From Dehalococcoidia bacterium (GTDB lineage: Bacteria > Chloroflexota > Dehalococcoidia > Lucifugimonadales > JAGWBF01): 64,000 nucleotides of DNA. The notes beneath the pieces are model-generated. The model worked only from the letters and a program-made list of their open reading frames with translations, did no database searches and had not been told where the DNA came from. The translations under genes and the position numbers were made by a program. The first letter of the stretch is position 1; each line of letters opens with the position of its first letter. The DNA lies in NCBI GenBank assembly GCA_965226805.1, contig CBDDDW010000019.1, forward strand, positions 31,400-95,399. The letters run 5' to 3'. Below, one piece after another: positions 1 to 9,686 of this stretch.

Positions 1-626
1 CGTCCAACGAGGAGTTCATCAACATCCTGCTCGACGGCCTGCTCATAGCGGCGATCGTGCCCATCGTCACGATGGTGGTTGCGACGGCGGCCTTCGGCAA
101 CGAGTTGGAGGACCGCACCTTGAGCTACCTGGTGTTGAAGCCGATATCCAGGCTGGCCATTGTATTCCCGAAGCTGCTCGCATCCATCGTGGTAAGCGGC
201 CCGCTGCTGGTCGCCAGTGGGATCGGCGCAACCCTACTGGGCGCCAGTAGCATCGGCGCGGTACTTGTGGTATTGGATGGTGATGTTCAAGCGGCGGTTG
301 CAGTTGGGGTGGCGTTATCCGTTGGTGTGATCACCTACGCCGCGATCTTCACCTGGGCCGGCCTCATCAGCGCCCGGGCCCTGGCCTTCGCGCTAATCTA
401 CGTGTTCCTGTGGGAAGGACTCATCAGCACGTATCTCGACGGGATCCGGTACCTCAGCGTACGCGGCTACACCCTGTCTATCCTGCATGGGATGGACGAA
501 ACAAGCTTCGAGCCGCTGGGCGATAGGGTGATCGAGTTCCCGGCTGCCATCGTGGGCGCGGCGGTCGTAACGGTATTGTTCTTTGGGCTCACGGTGCGCC
601 GTCTGCGCCGGATGGATGTGCCATAG
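1..626 (+). CDS. ABC-2 type transporter permease (5' end outside window)
   Basis: Multi-TM hydrophobic ORF with ELEDRTLSYLVLKPISR motif typical of ABC-2 permeases; frame open to window start. Confidence 0.8.
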   Translation, partial: SNEEFINILLDGLLIAAIVPIVTMVVATAAFGNELEDRTLSYLVLKPISRLAIVFPKLLASIVVSGPLLVASGIGATLLGASSIGAVLVVLDGDVQAAVAVGVALSVGVITYAAIFTWAGLISARALAFALIYVFLWEGLISTYLDGIRYLSVRGYTLSILHGMDETSFEPLGDRVIEFPAAIVGAAVVTVLFFGLTVRRLRRMDVP

Positions 627-695
627 CCGAGAGGACCAGCAGAAGGTCGTATGCACCAACTCGGCGAATCTGTGGGGACTGTAGGGGACTGGCTG

Positions 696-965
696 TTACT
701 CCGGGGACTCTTCGCCTCGAATCCGAGGCAGGTAGTTCTCCCGGGTCACTCCGAACATCTCGTGGCGGGACAGCCCACTGAGGACCAGGGGGTGGACCCC
801 CATCCCGAATAGCTTGCCTACGTCGCCGGAGGTCAGTGCTTCCCTTTCGTCGCTGGTCAGGGGGAACTCGCTGATCGTCTCAGCGGGATTCGACTTGATC
901 CGCTCCCGGAAAGAGGCATCCATCTCCAGCAGATAACATATCTTGTTGAGACTATAGACGCTCAT
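696..965 (-). CDS. Extradiol ring-cleavage dioxygenase small subunit (LigA-like)
   Basis: 89 aa MSVYSLNKICYLLEMDASFRERIKSNP...LTSDEREAL..GD...L..MGVHP pattern, directly downstream of LigB-like gene. Confidence 0.75.
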   Translation of the reverse strand: MSVYSLNKICYLLEMDASFRERIKSNPAETISEFPLTSDEREALTSGDVGKLFGMGVHPLVLSGLSRHEMFGVTRENYLPRIRGEESPE

Positions 966-972
966 ACCAGAT

Positions 973-1776
973 TCACTCCAACGCCCAGGCCGCGAAGCCG
1001 GTGCCGCCCACGGTCTCAACAAAAAGTGGCCGGGTATCGGCCACGGCGCCTGCCACAGTGATCCAGCAAAGGAGCTCACCGCCCACGTTTCCCGCCGCGA
1101 GCATGCGCTGTTCGGTGGCACGCCTCGTGAGCTTTTCGTACTCCCCCCGATCTAACATGCGGGCGACTGCGCTCACCCACGCCTCGTCGGTCCACCCCAT
1201 CCTGGGCCCGCCTACTTCCAGGGAGAAAGCGCCGCTGGCGACGAGTGCGACCCGCAGGTCCACGTCCCATTGCCCTATAAAGTGGGCCAGCGCGCGCCCA
1301 AGAGTATAGCACCGGCGTGCTAGAGGAAGCGGAGGCGCCAGGCCGTTGACATAGAGAGGCACCACGGGGATGTCCATTGATGGGGTAAGGAAATGCAGCG
1401 GCACCATCACTGAATGGTCCAACCGGAGCTCCTCGGCCACTGCCACATCAAAGCTGGACTTGAGGCTGAAACTGAGGAACCCTTTCGCAAGCGAGGGATG
1501 CCCCTGGACCACATGTCGGGGCATCTCGCAGTATGTCTCTGCCGGGCCCTCGGCTTCCTCCGCCGCGCCAACGCAGAATTGGGGAAGGTTGTTGTAGAAG
1601 AAATTGATGAAGTGGTCCGACACTACCTCGACAATGACGTCAGGGGCGACCGCTTCCAGCCGTTCCCGGACTCGTTTCATCAGCCTCTCCTCCGGGAGCT
1701 TGCCGGGCGACTGGGCTACCTGCTGGGGTAAAAAGGGAGCATGAGGCACCCCGAAAGCCCCGACGAGTTTAGCCAT
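973..1776 (-). CDS. Class III extradiol ring-cleavage dioxygenase beta subunit (LigB-like)
   Basis: MAKLVGAFGVPH, SDHF..FF....P.FCVG, LDHS..VPL motifs; GGAGG RBS upstream of ATG at 1776. Confidence 0.85.
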   Translation of the reverse strand: MAKLVGAFGVPHAPFLPQQVAQSPGKLPEERLMKRVRERLEAVAPDVIVEVVSDHFINFFYNNLPQFCVGAAEEAEGPAETYCEMPRHVVQGHPSLAKGFLSFSLKSSFDVAVAEELRLDHSVMVPLHFLTPSMDIPVVPLYVNGLAPPLPLARRCYTLGRALAHFIGQWDVDLRVALVASGAFSLEVGGPRMGWTDEAWVSAVARMLDRGEYEKLTRRATEQRMLAAGNVGGELLCWITVAGAVADTRPLFVETVGGTGFAAWALE

Positions 1777-2435
1777 CTCTTTTCCACCTCCAGCGCACCG
1801 GTCTCCGACATGCGAAGGCTCCCAGGTGTTGGGATTGCCGGAATCACCATGTATCGCTCCTGCACATCCTATACCGGGCAACGCAGGACAGGCCCGATCC
1901 ACCCCGCGCCGCGGTTGGCCGCCTCCCGTTCCGGCTACCTCGGCTAGGTTCCGTGGAGCCTCAAAGAAGTCTTTGGCTTTGTTGTATACCTGGAGGCGGT
2001 GCCGTCCGGTCTCCAGTCCGAGTATCCGATCTTCAACACCGGCATATTACCACCACGGGCCACTAGCTAATTGAGGACTCATGATTTACAGCTTGGGTAA
2101 TCAACAAGAGGTAGAAGTCGCATCACTTGGGGGCGTGAGAGGAGCACGTTACGCGGGAGCCATGATCAGGCTTGATGTTCCCGCGATCAACATAGTTTTG
2201 GGATAGTATAATGCGGAGGTGCCTGGTTGTAAACAAAACATCTCTAGTCGGACGGTGACTACTTGGACCCCTTTCAGAGAGCTGAGATAGGTAACCTTGG
2301 AGTGTATGTGACCATCCTTGGGCTGTGGGGTGGTCCCCCCGTTGTTGGCTGTGGAGTATTTATCTAGCGCGTATAATAGGGAATATCGAGCCGGAAACGA
2401 TTCATCTGGTGACGAACAAGCGGGAGGTAGGAGAC

Positions 2436-3424
2436 ATGGCGACGCAGACCATTCCAGAGGTAAAGTTCACGCCCAGGAGGCTTGGGCATGTGAATTTGTC
2501 CTTCAGCGACTTCGACAAGTCGTTGGACTTCTACATCAACGTATGCGGACTGGAATTCGTGTACGGGAAGCCGCATAAGAAATCGGGGTTTGTGACCAAC
2601 GGCAATACCCACCACGACATAGGGATGAGCGGCATCGTCGATACGAAGGCCCTTGGCCTCGCGGAGATAGAGGGGGAAAACCGAAGGAAGCTGCCCAGGC
2701 TGAACCATTTCGCTTGGGAGATGGAGAACGAGGTTTTGCTCGTCGAGGGTTGGAAGCGGTCGCAACAGGCGGGGGTAAAGTACAGCAACATGGCCGATCA
2801 CGGGGTGTCTCACGCTCTGTACACCGCCGACCCTGAGAAGAACGGCGTCTAGGTATACGCCGACGCGACCAAGGACTGGCGGAAGATCATGAACCCAGAG
2901 GCCGACATGAACATCACCAGCAAGTGGATGCCCGGCGAGATCCCACCGGACCCCACCCCGAAGTACGACCCGAACCCGGAGATCCGGCGGGTAGAGGGCG
3001 CCATATTCCATCCGAAGCGGGTCGCCCATGGCGCCATCATCGCCGAAGACCTCGAGTCCCTTGTCGACTACTACACGAACTTTGTGGGTCTCCATGAGGT
3101 CTTCCGCGCCAGCAACAGCTCCTACGTCATCCTGAGCGGCACGGTGCCCGGTCGGGATCTACCCTCTTCCAGGCCACCGAGGGCCAGGCTGTGGGGCTGC
3201 ACCACATCGCCTTCGAGATGGCAAACGAGAAGAAGCTCGACGACGCGGAGGAGCGCATGAAGGAGCGGGGCATGCAGGCCGAGCTCAAGCTGGACCACGC
3301 CACCAAGCGGGCGGTCTTCATAAGGGACCCCGATGGCCTGCTTGTGGAGTTCTTCGTGGAGAGGGACGCTCCTCTGAGCAAGATGGACGAGCTGGAGCCC
3401 GGACTGGCGCTTCATCTGGCCTAA
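2436..3424 (+). pseudogene. Two-domain VOC-family (catechol 2,3-dioxygenase-like) gene, disrupted
   Basis: RRLGHVNL, THHDIG, LNHFAW, DHGVSHALY..DP..NGV motifs; in-frame TAG at 2850-2852 (NGV*VYAD) and a frameshift near 3160 before GLHHIAF...RDPDGLLVEF. Confidence 0.8.
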
Positions 3425-3601
3425 GGCGCGCGCTTCTGGACTAATGAACGGCGGCGGCCAGCTGGCACGGCTCAGAGTGGATGGTGGATCAAGGTAATGC
3501 GAGCCGCGTCTAAGGGTAGGAGTGCCGGCAAGCTAGCCTGAAATGAAGGAGCGGGCTCTTTAGAAGGGGTGACCCATTCGGGACAGCCCGTTTCTGCGTC
3601 T

Positions 3602-3723
3602 TCAGGGCCCGGCGGACTTGGACTCGAGCAAATCCTTCAAGCTTAGAGGTCCTTGGTGATGTTCCGCCTGGCGGACCTGGACAACACCGGCGCCGCCAGC
3701 TTGTAGAACCCACCCACCTCCTT
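3602..3723 (-). pseudogene. Remnant of an SRPBCC/polyketide-cyclase family gene (C-terminal helix only)
   Basis: Minus-strand translation EVGGFYKLAAPVLSRSARRNITKDL / LKDLLES resembles the SRPBCC C-terminus; no upstream part. Confidence 0.5.
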
Positions 3724-3836
3724 GTCATTTAAGAATTGCGTTTGCATCCCATAACATCTATCTTGGATGCCTGGAACGTTTCATTCCCGGCGTGATATGA
3801 TGTTTGATATACGCGACCTGAGGAGGGCCTGAATCT

Positions 3837-4538
3837 ATGGACGACGGCGAACGCCGTATGTCTGAGGCTATCCACCTGACGCGGGTGGTCCGGGCACCGA
3901 AGCAGCACCTGGCGACTTTCGGAGTCAGCAAGGTGCGTTACTACATCGTCACCGAGCCATCGTATCTTGACATCGCACCAGGTGACGAGGAGAGCGTCAT
4001 CCGAGACGGCGTTGTCGAGGCACAGCGCCCCACGGTCGTGACTCCGACTTACATGCTAAATCTGGACGGGTTCAGCCCGGACGCCAGGCAGTACATGGAG
4101 TCCCTGGTGCAGCGCTTCGGCCCAAATAGCCCCGGCCTTTTGTACCAGTACCGCAACAAACCCGGTGGCCTTGAGATAGTCGGTGGCGACGTAAAGGCCG
4201 TGGCCCAGCGTATCGCCGAGGACCTCGATAAGCGGGGTGACGATCGGGGCTCGGTTATCGTGGGCCTCGATGACCTGTGGGACGTGTCTCTCCTCAAGTT
4301 CATCTACGAATATACTTCTGCGTCTCTTGCCTACAATCTCGGCGAGATGCGCTCCATGGGCCTGCTGGAATCCGAAGCGGGGCCAGGCGTTCCACGCGCG
4401 GTCACCCAACGCATCGAGGAGCTATTCCGCCAGGTGAGCCAGGGACTCGACCCCAGTGAGCTTAAAGAAGAGCTGGATAGATGGGGTCTCTTTGAGTACT
4501 ATCAGGACAAGTTTTTCAGCCTGATCCGCCGGAGATAA
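3837..4538 (+). CDS. Conserved hypothetical protein
   Basis: 233-aa ORF with GAGGAG RBS and globular composition; R.PKQ.LATFG...YY.VTEP N-terminus. Confidence 0.7.
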   Translation: MDDGERRMSEAIHLTRVVRAPKQHLATFGVSKVRYYIVTEPSYLDIAPGDEESVIRDGVVEAQRPTVVTPTYMLNLDGFSPDARQYMESLVQRFGPNSPGLLYQYRNKPGGLEIVGGDVKAVAQRIAEDLDKRGDDRGSVIVGLDDLWDVSLLKFIYEYTSASLAYNLGEMRSMGLLESEAGPGVPRAVTQRIEELFRQVSQGLDPSELKEELDRWGLFEYYQDKFFSLIRRR

Positions 4539-4650
4539 GGCACAGTCGCTTGACCTCGGTGTCCCCCCAGCCTCTCAAGGGCGAAAGGGCCGCCGGATGG
4601 GTTGTCCCTCCTTTGCCCACAAGATTTTGATAGTCTGTCATTCCCATCCG

Positions 4651-4757
4651 TGTCATTCTGAGCCGTAGGCGAAGAATCTGGTGTGGGTTGGCGGGACGCC
4701 CCTCGCCCTCCAGGCCCTTCGCTACGCTCCAGTTCCTTAGGCTGGCTCAGAATGACA
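4651..4757. repeat. REP-like element class A (TGTCATTCTGAGCC...GGCTCAGAATGACA)
   Basis: 14-bp perfect terminal inverted repeat; related copies at 9578 and 26173. Confidence 0.8.
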
Positions 4758-4876
4758 TTTATCGGATCTAAGTTCACTGGATACCAGTGCCAGCTTGTCC
4801 GGGGAACCGGGTGTGCTACAATTGCACGAACCAAGCCATCAGAGATGCATCGACACTTTAGGGAGGTACCAGGGGA

Positions 4877-7201
4877 ATGGCTTCCAACGTAGTGCTATCT
4901 ACTCAGGAATATAAGGTCGTAGGCACCAGGCCCATCCGCCACGACGGAACGGACAAGGTGACCGGACGGGCCCAGTATAGCGCCGACATCGACCTGCCTG
5001 GCCTCCTTCACGGCAAGATCTTGAGGAGCCCTCACGCACATGCCCGGATCAAATCCATCGACACCAGCCGGGCCGAGGCGCTGCCCGGAGTCAAGGCCGT
5101 GATTACCTCCGCGGAGCTTCCTCAGCCCTCTGGGCTCGCGTCGGAACTGGGCGAGGGGTTTATCATGAATAACCCGAAATTCATGACCAACAATTTTCTG
5201 GCTGCCGACAAGGCGCTATATAAGGGGCACGCTGTCGCCGCAGTGGCGGCGACGAGCCAACACATCGCGGAGGAGGCTCTGGCATTGATAGACGTGGACT
5301 ACGAGGTCCTGCCTTCGACAATGAATGTCCTCGACGCGATGAAGGAGGACGCTCCCATACTCCACGAGACTCTGGCTACGCTGTCGGACCCCCTTAAAGC
5401 CGGGGGCGGCCTGCGTTCCCAGGATGAAGACGGCAAGAAGTCGAACATAGCTAACCAATTCATATTTGAGATAGGTGATCCCGAGAAAGGGTTCCAGAAA
5501 GCTGATGTGATCGTCGAGAGGAATTATGACACCAAGACAGTCCACCAGGGCTACATAGAGCCCCACAGTGGTACCGCGCTATGGAACGCCGACGACTACG
5601 TGACGGTCTGGTGCAGCAGCCAGGGCCATTTCAACGTAAGGGACCAGGTGGCCATCGTTCTTGGCATCCCGGTGTCCAGGGTCAAGGTTATCCCTCTGGA
5701 GATCGGAGGCGGCTTCGGAGGCAAGCTGGTCCCGTACGTGGAGCCCCTTGCCGCTTTGCTCTCCAAAAAGACCGGGCTGCCCGTGAAGCTGACCATGAAC
5801 CGGGCAGAGGTGTTCGAGGGAACGGGCCCTGCCTGTGGCTCCCACATCAGGGTGAAGATGGGTGCCACTAAGGAGGGTCGCATCACTGCGGCGCAGGCCG
5901 AGCTGTTCTATGAGGGGGGCGCATATCCCGGGTCACCAGTGGCCGCGGGCGGTATGTGTATGTTTGGTCCCTATGACATTCCGAACGGCAGGGTTGAAGG
6001 CTACGATGTGGTGGTAAACAAGCCCAAGACCGCGGCATATAGGGCGCCGGGCGCTCCCCACGCCGCGTTTGCCGCCGAGACCGTCATCAATGAAATTTGC
6101 GAGCGCATTGGCATGGACCCCCTTGAGTTCCGCCTGCTGAATGCCTCGAAAGAGGGCACGCGCCAGATTCCGGGCCCCAAGTTTCCCCGCATAGGCTGTC
6201 TGGAGACCGTTGAGGCCGCTAAGGCCCACGAGCACTACTCCGCGCCTCTCGAGGGGCCGAACCGTGGCCGGGGAGTCGCCAACGGCTACTGGAGGAACAA
6301 CACGGGCGCGGCCAGCGCTACCGCCAGCGTCAACTCCGACGGGACTGTCAGCCTTGTGGAGGGGTCGCCCGACATCGGGGGGACCCGGGTAGCCGTGGCC
6401 ATGCAGCTGGCTGAGGTGTTAGGGATTCCGGCCGAAGACGTGCGGCCGACAGTGGGGGATACCGATTCAGTGGGCTACACCAGCATGACCGGAGGGAGCA
6501 GCGTAGCTTTCAAGACCGGGTTCGTCTGCTACGAGGCCGCCCAGGACATCGTCAGACAGATGGTGCAGCGGGCGGCCAGGATATGGGATGTCTCCCCCGA
6601 CGACGTGGAATACACCGACGGCGTCCTTGCCCATAAGTCGGACCCTGAGCTCAAGTTGACGTTCAAGGAGCTGGCGGGAATGCTCAACGCGACAGGCGGC
6701 CCCATAGTCGGCAGCGGCAACGTGGACCCAAGGGGAGTGGGGGGCGCCTTCGCGACCCACATAGTGGACGTGGAGGTAGACCCGGAGACGGGCAAAGTGG
6801 AGATATTGCGTTACACCGCCGTACAGGACGCCGGCAAAGCCATCCATCCCAGCTATGTGGAGGGCCAGATGCAAGGAGGAGTTGTCCAGGGCATCGGCTG
6901 GGCGCTGAACGAGGAGTACTTCTTCAACGATAACGGCGAGATGGTAAACTCCACCCTACTGGACTATCGCATGCCAACCAGCCTGGACCTCCCCATGATA
7001 GATACGGTGATCGTGGAGGTGGCCAACCCGGGCCATCCCTTTGGAGCCCGCGGTGTCGGAGAGGTCCCCATCGTCCCTCCAATGGCCGCCATAGCCAACG
7101 CCATCTACAATGCCGTGGGCGTTCGGATGAACGAGCTACCCATGTCTCCTGGCGCCGTCCTGGAGGCCCTCTGGGAGAAGGACCGGGCGGGCACGGGGTA
7201 G
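4877..7201 (+). CDS. Xanthine dehydrogenase family molybdopterin-binding (large) subunit
   Basis: DKVTG.A.Y..D, LRSPHAHA.I, IGGGFGGK, AYRAPG, EGQMQGG..QGIG, ARGVGE motifs. Confidence 0.95.
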   Translation: MASNVVLSTQEYKVVGTRPIRHDGTDKVTGRAQYSADIDLPGLLHGKILRSPHAHARIKSIDTSRAEALPGVKAVITSAELPQPSGLASELGEGFIMNNPKFMTNNFLAADKALYKGHAVAAVAATSQHIAEEALALIDVDYEVLPSTMNVLDAMKEDAPILHETLATLSDPLKAGGGLRSQDEDGKKSNIANQFIFEIGDPEKGFQKADVIVERNYDTKTVHQGYIEPHSGTALWNADDYVTVWCSSQGHFNVRDQVAIVLGIPVSRVKVIPLEIGGGFGGKLVPYVEPLAALLSKKTGLPVKLTMNRAEVFEGTGPACGSHIRVKMGATKEGRITAAQAELFYEGGAYPGSPVAAGGMCMFGPYDIPNGRVEGYDVVVNKPKTAAYRAPGAPHAAFAAETVINEICERIGMDPLEFRLLNASKEGTRQIPGPKFPRIGCLETVEAAKAHEHYSAPLEGPNRGRGVANGYWRNNTGAASATASVNSDGTVSLVEGSPDIGGTRVAVAMQLAEVLGIPAEDVRPTVGDTDSVGYTSMTGGSSVAFKTGFVCYEAAQDIVRQMVQRAARIWDVSPDDVEYTDGVLAHKSDPELKLTFKELAGMLNATGGPIVGSGNVDPRGVGGAFATHIVDVEVDPETGKVEILRYTAVQDAGKAIHPSYVEGQMQGGVVQGIGWALNEEYFFNDNGEMVNSTLLDYRMPTSLDLPMIDTVIVEVANPGHPFGARGVGEVPIVPPMAAIANAIYNAVGVRMNELPMSPGAVLEALWEKDRAGTG

Positions 7202-7310
7202 TTCCGAAGCGGTCTAGGCCAGGGAACTTCCTGCCTGAAATCGCTTGCTATCATGTAGCGTCCTGAACCGTGAGTTCGTTCAATTAATTGGCGGTTGTGG
7301 TTGTCAGGTC

Positions 7311-7401
7311 GTGGTTCGACAAGCTCACCAAGAGCGGAAATCGACAAGCTCACCACGAGCTGAAATCGCAACTCCCCGCTCACCCTGAGCTTGTCGAAGG
7401 G
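7311..7401. repeat. REP-like element class B (GGTTCGACAAGCTCACCA / CCCTGAGCTTGTCGAAGGG)
   Basis: Two direct TCGACAAGCTCACCA copies plus inverted TGAGCTTGTCGA; related copies at 12343 and 23071. Confidence 0.75.
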
Positions 7402-7451
7402 CGTCCCATTCGACTGCGGATTGCTGACTCAGGACACTAGGCAGGTTGCCC

Positions 7452-8534
7452 ATGAAAGCTGCCGTGCTGCGGGAGGTAAACACTCCGCTTCGCATCGAAG
7501 AGGTGCAGGTAGATCATCCGGGACCTCGCGAGGTCCTTATCCTCACCGGTGCGACGGGCGTTTGCCACAGCGACCTACATTTTCTCGAAGGCAAGTACAG
7601 CCTCCCGATGCCGGCGGTCCTGGGCCACGAGGCGTCGGGCACTGTGGAAGCCGTCGGCGACCTCGTATCCTACGTCAAGCCGGGCGATCGTGTCATCACC
7701 TGCCTTTCGGTGTTCTGCGGCCACTGCCACATGTGTTTGAGCGGCCGCCCTAATCTTTGCCTTCGCGCCGACGTCGTTCGAGGCCCGGAGGAACCGCCAC
7801 GCCTTAGCCGGGACGGAGTCCCGGTCCAGCAACTCGTGAGCATCGCCGCCTTCGCGGAGAGCATGCTTGTCCATGAGCACGCGCTCGTGAAGGTAAGAGA
7901 CGACGTCCCCTTCGAGCAGCTCGCGCTGATAGGATGCGCGGTCACGACCGGGGTTGGAGCCGTGATCAACACGGCCCACGTCGAGCCGGGAAGCACGGTC
8001 GCGGTCATCGGTTGCGGAGGCGTTGGCCTGAACTGTATTCAAGGAGCGGTCCTCGCAGGGGCCGCCCGGGTCATCGCTATAGACCAGGTGGAGACCAAGC
8101 TGGTTCTTGCTCGTGAGTTCGGCGCCACCGACGTGATCGACGCGTCGGGTGGCGGGGTCTCCCAGAAGGTCATCGAGATGACCAGTGGCGGGGTCGATTA
8201 CTCTTTCGAGGCGGTCGGCAGGAAGGAGACCGCCGAGCAGGCGTTTGAGATGCTGGGCCCCGGCAGCACGGCCACCATAGTTGGAATGATCTCCCAGGGC
8301 ACCAAGATAGAGCTTGATGGCCCTTCATTCCTGGGAGACAGAAAGATTCAAGGGTCGAGCATGGGGTCCAACCGCTTTCGCATCGATATTCCGCGCTATA
8401 TAGAGTTTTACATGCAGGGCCGGCTGAAGCTGGACGAGCTGGTGTCCCAGCGGATCAGACTCGAGCAGGTCAACGACGCCTTCGAGGACATGAAGCAGGG
8501 CCACGTAGCTCGAAGCGTGATTACCTTTGACTAA
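7452..8534 (+). CDS. Zn-dependent alcohol dehydrogenase (class III-like MDR)
   Basis: GVCHSD, GHE, CGHCHMC..G....C, GCGGVG motifs. Confidence 0.95.
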   Translation: MKAAVLREVNTPLRIEEVQVDHPGPREVLILTGATGVCHSDLHFLEGKYSLPMPAVLGHEASGTVEAVGDLVSYVKPGDRVITCLSVFCGHCHMCLSGRPNLCLRADVVRGPEEPPRLSRDGVPVQQLVSIAAFAESMLVHEHALVKVRDDVPFEQLALIGCAVTTGVGAVINTAHVEPGSTVAVIGCGGVGLNCIQGAVLAGAARVIAIDQVETKLVLAREFGATDVIDASGGGVSQKVIEMTSGGVDYSFEAVGRKETAEQAFEMLGPGSTATIVGMISQGTKIELDGPSFLGDRKIQGSSMGSNRFRIDIPRYIEFYMQGRLKLDELVSQRIRLEQVNDAFEDMKQGHVARSVITFD

Positions 8535-8549
8535 CAGGCTGGGGAAGAA

Positions 8550-8700
8550 AGGGGCGTGCAGAGGGGCGAAGCCCCTTTGCTGGTCCGGCTCAGGCAGATG
8601 AGAGCCTGCCCTGAGCCAGCCGAAAGGTTGTCCCTCAGATGTAAGTTTCTCCCCCGTCCTGGCCCGGGGATGGTCGAAAGAGTTTTTCAGCACCCTGTTA
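8550..8700. repeat. Intergenic palindromic REP-like cluster
   Basis: GCAGAGGGGCGAAGCCCCTTTGC hairpin plus GGCTCAGGCA...TGCCCTGAGCC inverted repeat. Confidence 0.5.
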
Positions 8701-8840
8701 AATGGGGATACATGGGGGGATGGTTCGGTGGATGGCAGATCACGATTGCGTCCCTAATATGAGGCAGACATTATGACGCAGTTTTCCGCAGTCAGGTACT
8801 ACGTGATTAGTAGGCGGACTCAAGCAAAGGTGCGTAAAGG

Positions 8841-9416
8841 TTGAAAACCAGACTCGCCTGGGCCACCAGCGAAGGTATGATCGCATACCACGACCAGGAC
8901 TGGGGAGTGCCGGTCCACGACGACCGGACGCTGTTCGAGATGCTAATTCTCGAGGGCGCTCAGGCCGGGCTGAGCTGGGCCACCATTCTCCGGAGGCGGG
9001 AGAGTTACCGCGGGGCGTTCGACGATTTCGATCCGCGGAAGGTGGCGCGCTACGACGCAGCCAAGGCCGCGGAGCTGCTTCAGGACACGGGCATCGTGCG
9101 CAACCGTCAGAAGATCGCCTCTGCCATCAGTAACGCCACGGCGTTCGTGGAGACGCAGCGGGAGTTCGGAAGCTTCGACGCCTACCTGTGGCGCTTCGTG
9201 GGCGGGAGGCCCCTTGTCAACGGATGGACCGAGATGAGCCAGATTCCGGCCACTACCCCCGAATCGGATGCCCTGAGCAAAGACCTGCGCGGCAGGGGTT
9301 TCAGTTTCGTGGGAGCCACAATCTGCTACGCCTTCATGCAGTCCGTCGGCCTGGTAAACGACCACCTGATCGACTGCTTCCGGTACGCGGAGCTTGTCGC
9401 TGGCGATGGCGACTGA
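8841..9416 (+). CDS. tag: DNA-3-methyladenine glycosylase I
   Basis: YHD.DWGVPVHDD..LFE.L.LEG.QAGLSW, GIVRNR.KI, GF.FVG.TICYAFMQ..GLVNDH..DC. Confidence 0.95.
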   Translation: MKTRLAWATSEGMIAYHDQDWGVPVHDDRTLFEMLILEGAQAGLSWATILRRRESYRGAFDDFDPRKVARYDAAKAAELLQDTGIVRNRQKIASAISNATAFVETQREFGSFDAYLWRFVGGRPLVNGWTEMSQIPATTPESDALSKDLRGRGFSFVGATICYAFMQSVGLVNDHLIDCFRYAELVAGDGD

Positions 9417-9577
9417 GACGGAGCTGCCCTCCGCCCAGCACTACCCCAGCAACACCTCTCGAAGCCGACGGATCACCACCTCTAGCTTCCCTTTGTCGAG
9501 ATTGAGGGATCGACCGCCAGCTCCGTAACTCCGCTCAAAGCAATTGAATACCCGATGAGAAAGTCACGCTACGGAAG

Positions 9578-9685
9578 TGTCACTCTGAGCCGCAGGCGAA
9601 GAGTCTGGGGTTGAGGGGTGAGACACCCGGCCTCTCCAAACCCTTTTTCCGCCGGGTGCCGACTCAGGGGCGTCAGAAGGATCAC
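9578..9685. repeat. REP-like element class A, degenerate
   Basis: TGTCACTCTGAGCCGCAGGCGAAGAGTCT matches the left arm at 4651 and 26173. Confidence 0.65.
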
Positions 9686-9686
9686 C

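Noticed and set aside
3510-3730. 6S RNA or other ncRNA
   Set aside because: Better explained as a decayed SRPBCC coding fragment; no long rod-like pairing seen.
4877-7201. Aerobic CO dehydrogenase CoxL
   Set aside because: Lacks the AYxCSFR / AYRGAGR motif and the coxMS context.
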